From the NCBI RefSeq assembly GCF_006345805.1, contig NC_042998.1:99262001-99326000 (forward strand): a stretch of DNA of 64,000 nt. The letters are read 5' to 3'. A model generated the notes under the pieces. It saw only the letters and a list, made by a program, of their open reading frames with translations. It searched no databases and was not told the origin of the DNA. Positions 63,003 through 64,000 of the stretch are shown here, piece by piece. The stretch is from Octopus sinensis. Lineage: Eukaryota. How positions within the stretch are numbered: the first letter of the stretch is position 1; each line of letters starts with the position of its first letter. The translations under genes were made by a program, and so were the position numbers.

Positions 63003-63779
63003 GTGTTTTGGTAAAACAGGTTATTTCCTTATATCCAAAGTTTTCATGTGGGTGGCATTTGCCAAGCATACTCATCGGTGGACCCAAAATTACACACACA
63101 CATTTTCTGACTTATACAAGCACAGTTTGTGTGTGTATGTGTGTGTGTGTGCATGCGCATATATATACATGTGCACACACACATTCATTGTTTTTGTATA
63201 GTTTTTCTTGAACAAAATGATGAGTGCTTGATAAGTATATAGTGTCTTGTACTTGCATGTATGGTAACTAGAATTACAAAGTCATGTTCTAAGATGATTG
63301 TCTCTGTCAGTGGATGAAAGCTAAAAATTGCAATACCATGTGTCATTCACTATATCAAATATGTCAGTAAAATCTCTTTTAAAATGGATTAAGGATATGA
63401 CTATGATTAGTCTTTTAATAACTGGTCCATTTCTACATGATATACATCCTAAGCAAAATGAACTGTATTAGTGTCAGTATTCTGTCTTTCATCTCTTCAT
63501 TTCAAAATAATTTTCAAAAATCCACATTCTTTTTCGCTTGGAACTGACAGAATGAGCTGATCATTTTAAAACTAATGTTCTAGAATCCCTAAATATGTCC
63601 ATTCCTGTTATTAATGCATTCTGAAGTCATTTATCCATATTGCAGAAAAGCTCTAAGTATCAACTTCAATCCTATACATAAATTCTGAATCTCAGCCTGT
63701 TGCCACATATTCAAAGTCTTCGGAATGAAATTTAAAAGAGACTCTCCTGATGTGTGGATACTATGAATGACACTTCACA

Positions 63780-63985
63780 TACATAAGAAATTTGAATGGT
63801 TACAAACCAGTGAGGGAACCTCTTCATGGTTGCTCAATCTGCCTCCACTTCAAACCTAAAGAAAGGCACATTAGATAATGTAATCCTAGATAACCCTAAA
63901 GTGATCAGATTGTAATAATTGCAATGCTTTTGATCATAGGTTTTCTCAACCAAGGTTGACTTGGGTCTGAACAACATTTGAATGG
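63780..63985 (+). mobile_element. Dispersed repeat family H. Copies also at ~18600-18740, 21080-21235, 60010-60185 (+) and 3010-3200, 32480-32700, 38270-38440 (-)
   Basis: Shared gataatgta.tcctagata...gaatgc.tttgat.ataggtct...caacaac. Confidence 0.6.
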
Positions 63986-64000
63986 CTAAATTATAAACTT

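Noticed and set aside
410-63211. Most ORFs in the supplied track ([18 protein letters not shown], poly-N/L, IIIII types)
   Set aside because: They are translations of microsatellites and SINE bodies with no domain content. Real coding signal is confined to the spliced exons and retrotransposon remnants.

Overview
AT-rich, microsatellite- and retroposon-dense animal genomic DNA. The repeat families suggest an octopus (coleoid cephalopod); this is inference. One + strand gene spans most of the window. I assembled 18 coding exons (5595-56021), all with GT-AG introns and compatible phases, into about 580 aa; the 5' end lies upstream of the window. The protein has about 6 ankyrin repeats, an F5/8 type C (discoidin)-like domain, a SAM-like domain, an Ig-like beta domain and a C-terminal helix. 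I do not recognise it as a named gene. A candidate last exon of a convergent - strand gene with a GPI-anchor-like tail lies at 58635-58913. The introns hold tRNA-derived SINEs, RTE LINE 3' ends, three R4/Dong-like retrotransposon pieces in (ATT)n tracts, piggyBac, mariner and hAT MITEs, and a Helitron. Two observations stand out. (1) A tRNA-Arg retrocopy fused to an RTE LINE tail, whose substitutions fall on the modified positions 9, 34, 37 and 58. (2) A recurring set of mostly (TA)n-associated foldback elements carrying hammerhead-ribozyme motifs (Penelope-like); the one at 34836-34903 (- strand) is nearly complete. Almost all ORFs in the supplied track are repeat artefacts.
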